Origin: Candidatus Heimdallarchaeota archaeon
Lineage (GTDB): Archaea; Asgardarchaeota; Heimdallarchaeia; Heimdallarchaeales; Heimdallarchaeaceae
Reading direction: 5' to 3'
DNA: 24,973 nt
Assembly: GCA_030668875.1 (NCBI GenBank)
Contig: DAOVER010000042.1
Coordinates: 1-24,973, forward strand
The notes under the pieces are model-generated. The model saw only the letters and a list, made by a program, of their open reading frames with translations. It was not told where the DNA came from and made no database searches. The translations under genes and the position numbers were made by a program. Of the stretch, positions 23,900 to 24,973 are shown piece after piece (within the stretch, counting starts at the first letter, position 1; each line of letters begins with the position of its first letter).

Positions 23900-24973
23900 A
23901 CGGAGAGGGATAGAGGGGTACATAATTCATCACCGTCTGACGCTCACTCTCCTAGGTTATCATGAAGGGACGAGATACAAAGTCTGTCCTCCAACCATTC
24001 ATGACACGGACATGGGCAAGAACAACTTTTCCCCAGTTGGTGAATCCTATTGCAGCATAACGACTATCCTTTGTTCGTGCTTCCCAATCTTTTACTGTTC
24101 CCATGCGTTTATCGACTCCAAAGTCTCCTTCAATAATGCTTCGAACCCCAAGTGTCCTGAGGTATTGTTTAGGTGTTTGAGAGTACTGTTCGATGCACTT
24201 GTTTCGCAAAGCATGTCCTACTTCTGTCACTCTCCCTTTCTTGTAAAGGAACTGTAGAACAAACTCGTCTGTACACCCAGGGTCATCAAATGGTTTGAAA
24301 CCGGGGTCTCCCCAATATTTCTGGTACAGTCGTCTAATCTCTTGTTGTGAACCCTTCTTGTTCCATTTCCAGCTCTTTTGTATCTGGTAATGTGCCGTCA
24401 ACTCTTTCTCTACCCCAAGATACGCAAGGTTGTCTAACTCTGTGTAGTGTCCATCCACCCAGATATTTGTTCCATAACAGTTATTCCTTTCCGCTTGTTC
24501 TACGAGTGGCTTAAGGTAATCTCCGTCATATGTTATTCCTGAGGAACACTCATAGCTTAGCGGTATACGTGTATATCTACAGATTATTCTTTGTTCTTTG
24601 AACATTTTTTTCTTGTAGTGACCATTGTAATGGCTGTCTGTCCCCTTGTCCCCTTTCTTCGTTTCATGGGGCGTAGAGTCGATGATCTGATGACGTCCAA
24701 TGATCAACCCTTCGCGTTTTGCCTGTTTTTCTAGTCCTTGTACTGCCCTATTAAACAACTCTTTGCTTTTCTGGTAACCTATCCTATAAACAATAAATGC
24801 ATGCACTGCACTATACGAGGGGATCCTGTGACAGTTGTGCGTCTTGTCCCACTCATAGCCTAGTTGTTTTGCTAATCCTGGCTCTTGTAACTGATGACCT
24901 TGTATACGTATAGTTCTCTTGAGTCGGCGGTAGAATGTTGTTAAGTGTTTGTCCCCCGAGAGAAAAAAGCCTA
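23900..24973 (-). mobile_element. Partial insertion sequence; left boundary approximate
   Basis: Visible rise in GC from about 23900 onward plus the transposase ORF. Only one end is present, so TIRs and the target duplication cannot be identified. Confidence 0.7.
23952..24973 (-). CDS. DDE transposase, IS4/IS5-like superfamily; 5' end lies outside the window
   Basis: The frame stays open from the ORF-track start (24806) to the window edge: GFFLSGDKHLTTFYRRLK...HRIPSYSAVHAF.... Catalytic IIDSTP, WVDGHY and RSIIEGDFGVDK (R-x3-E-x6-K signature). Confidence 0.85.
   Translation of the reverse strand, partial: GFFLSGDKHLTTFYRRLKRTIRIQGHQLQEPGLAKQLGYEWDKTHNCHRIPSYSAVHAFIVYRIGYQKSKELFNRAVQGLEKQAKREGLIIGRHQIIDSTPHETKKGDKGTDSHYNGHYKKKMFKEQRIICRYTRIPLSYECSSGITYDGDYLKPLVEQAERNNCYGTNIWVDGHYTELDNLAYLGVEKELTAHYQIQKSWKWNKKGSQQEIRRLYQKYWGDPGFKPFDDPGCTDEFVLQFLYKKGRVTEVGHALRNKCIEQYSQTPKQYLRTLGVRSIIEGDFGVDKRMGTVKDWEARTKDSRYAAIGFTNWGKVVLAHVRVMNGWRTDFVSRPFMIT

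Noticed and set aside
24012-24257. 81-aa plus-strand ORF inside the IS
   Set aside because: Antisense to the transposase catalytic region, with no independent signal.
1-24973. CRISPR array, tRNA, rRNA, integrase or viral genes
   Set aside because: No regularly spaced repeats, cloverleaf or T-loop motifs, GC-rich structured RNA tracts or viral hallmark motifs were seen; nearly all sequence is accounted for by CDSs.

Overview
AT-rich archaeal window. Archaeal origin is supported by GGTGA-type ribosome-binding sites, BRE/TATA-like promoters, cofE and an FrhB-family gene. An Asgard-type host is plausible from protein style, but that is inference only. About 20 kb (1-20222) holds two paralogous minus-strand operons with the same core order, DUF4129 -> DUF4350 -> MoxR AAA+ ATPase -> DUF58, separated by a single plus-strand thyX. 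The operons have different lead genes. Module 1 (1-11270) begins with a 1035-aa membrane transglutaminase-like protein that has lost all three catalytic residues and a 1222-aa receptor-like Ig-repeat glycoprotein. Module 2 (12290-20222) begins with a PrsW-family intramembrane protease fused to zinc ribbons and a membrane protein with a Cys4 tail. The thyX keeps its dUMP-binding residues, has substitutions in its FAD-binding segments, and may start at ATC. The right end holds a small 2-TM protein, a TPR/SNAP-like protein, cofE, a stand-alone FrhB/FpoF-type gene and a 5'-truncated IS4/IS5-like transposase. No rRNA, tRNA or CRISPR array was seen. Domain names come from motif recognition by eye, not from database searches.
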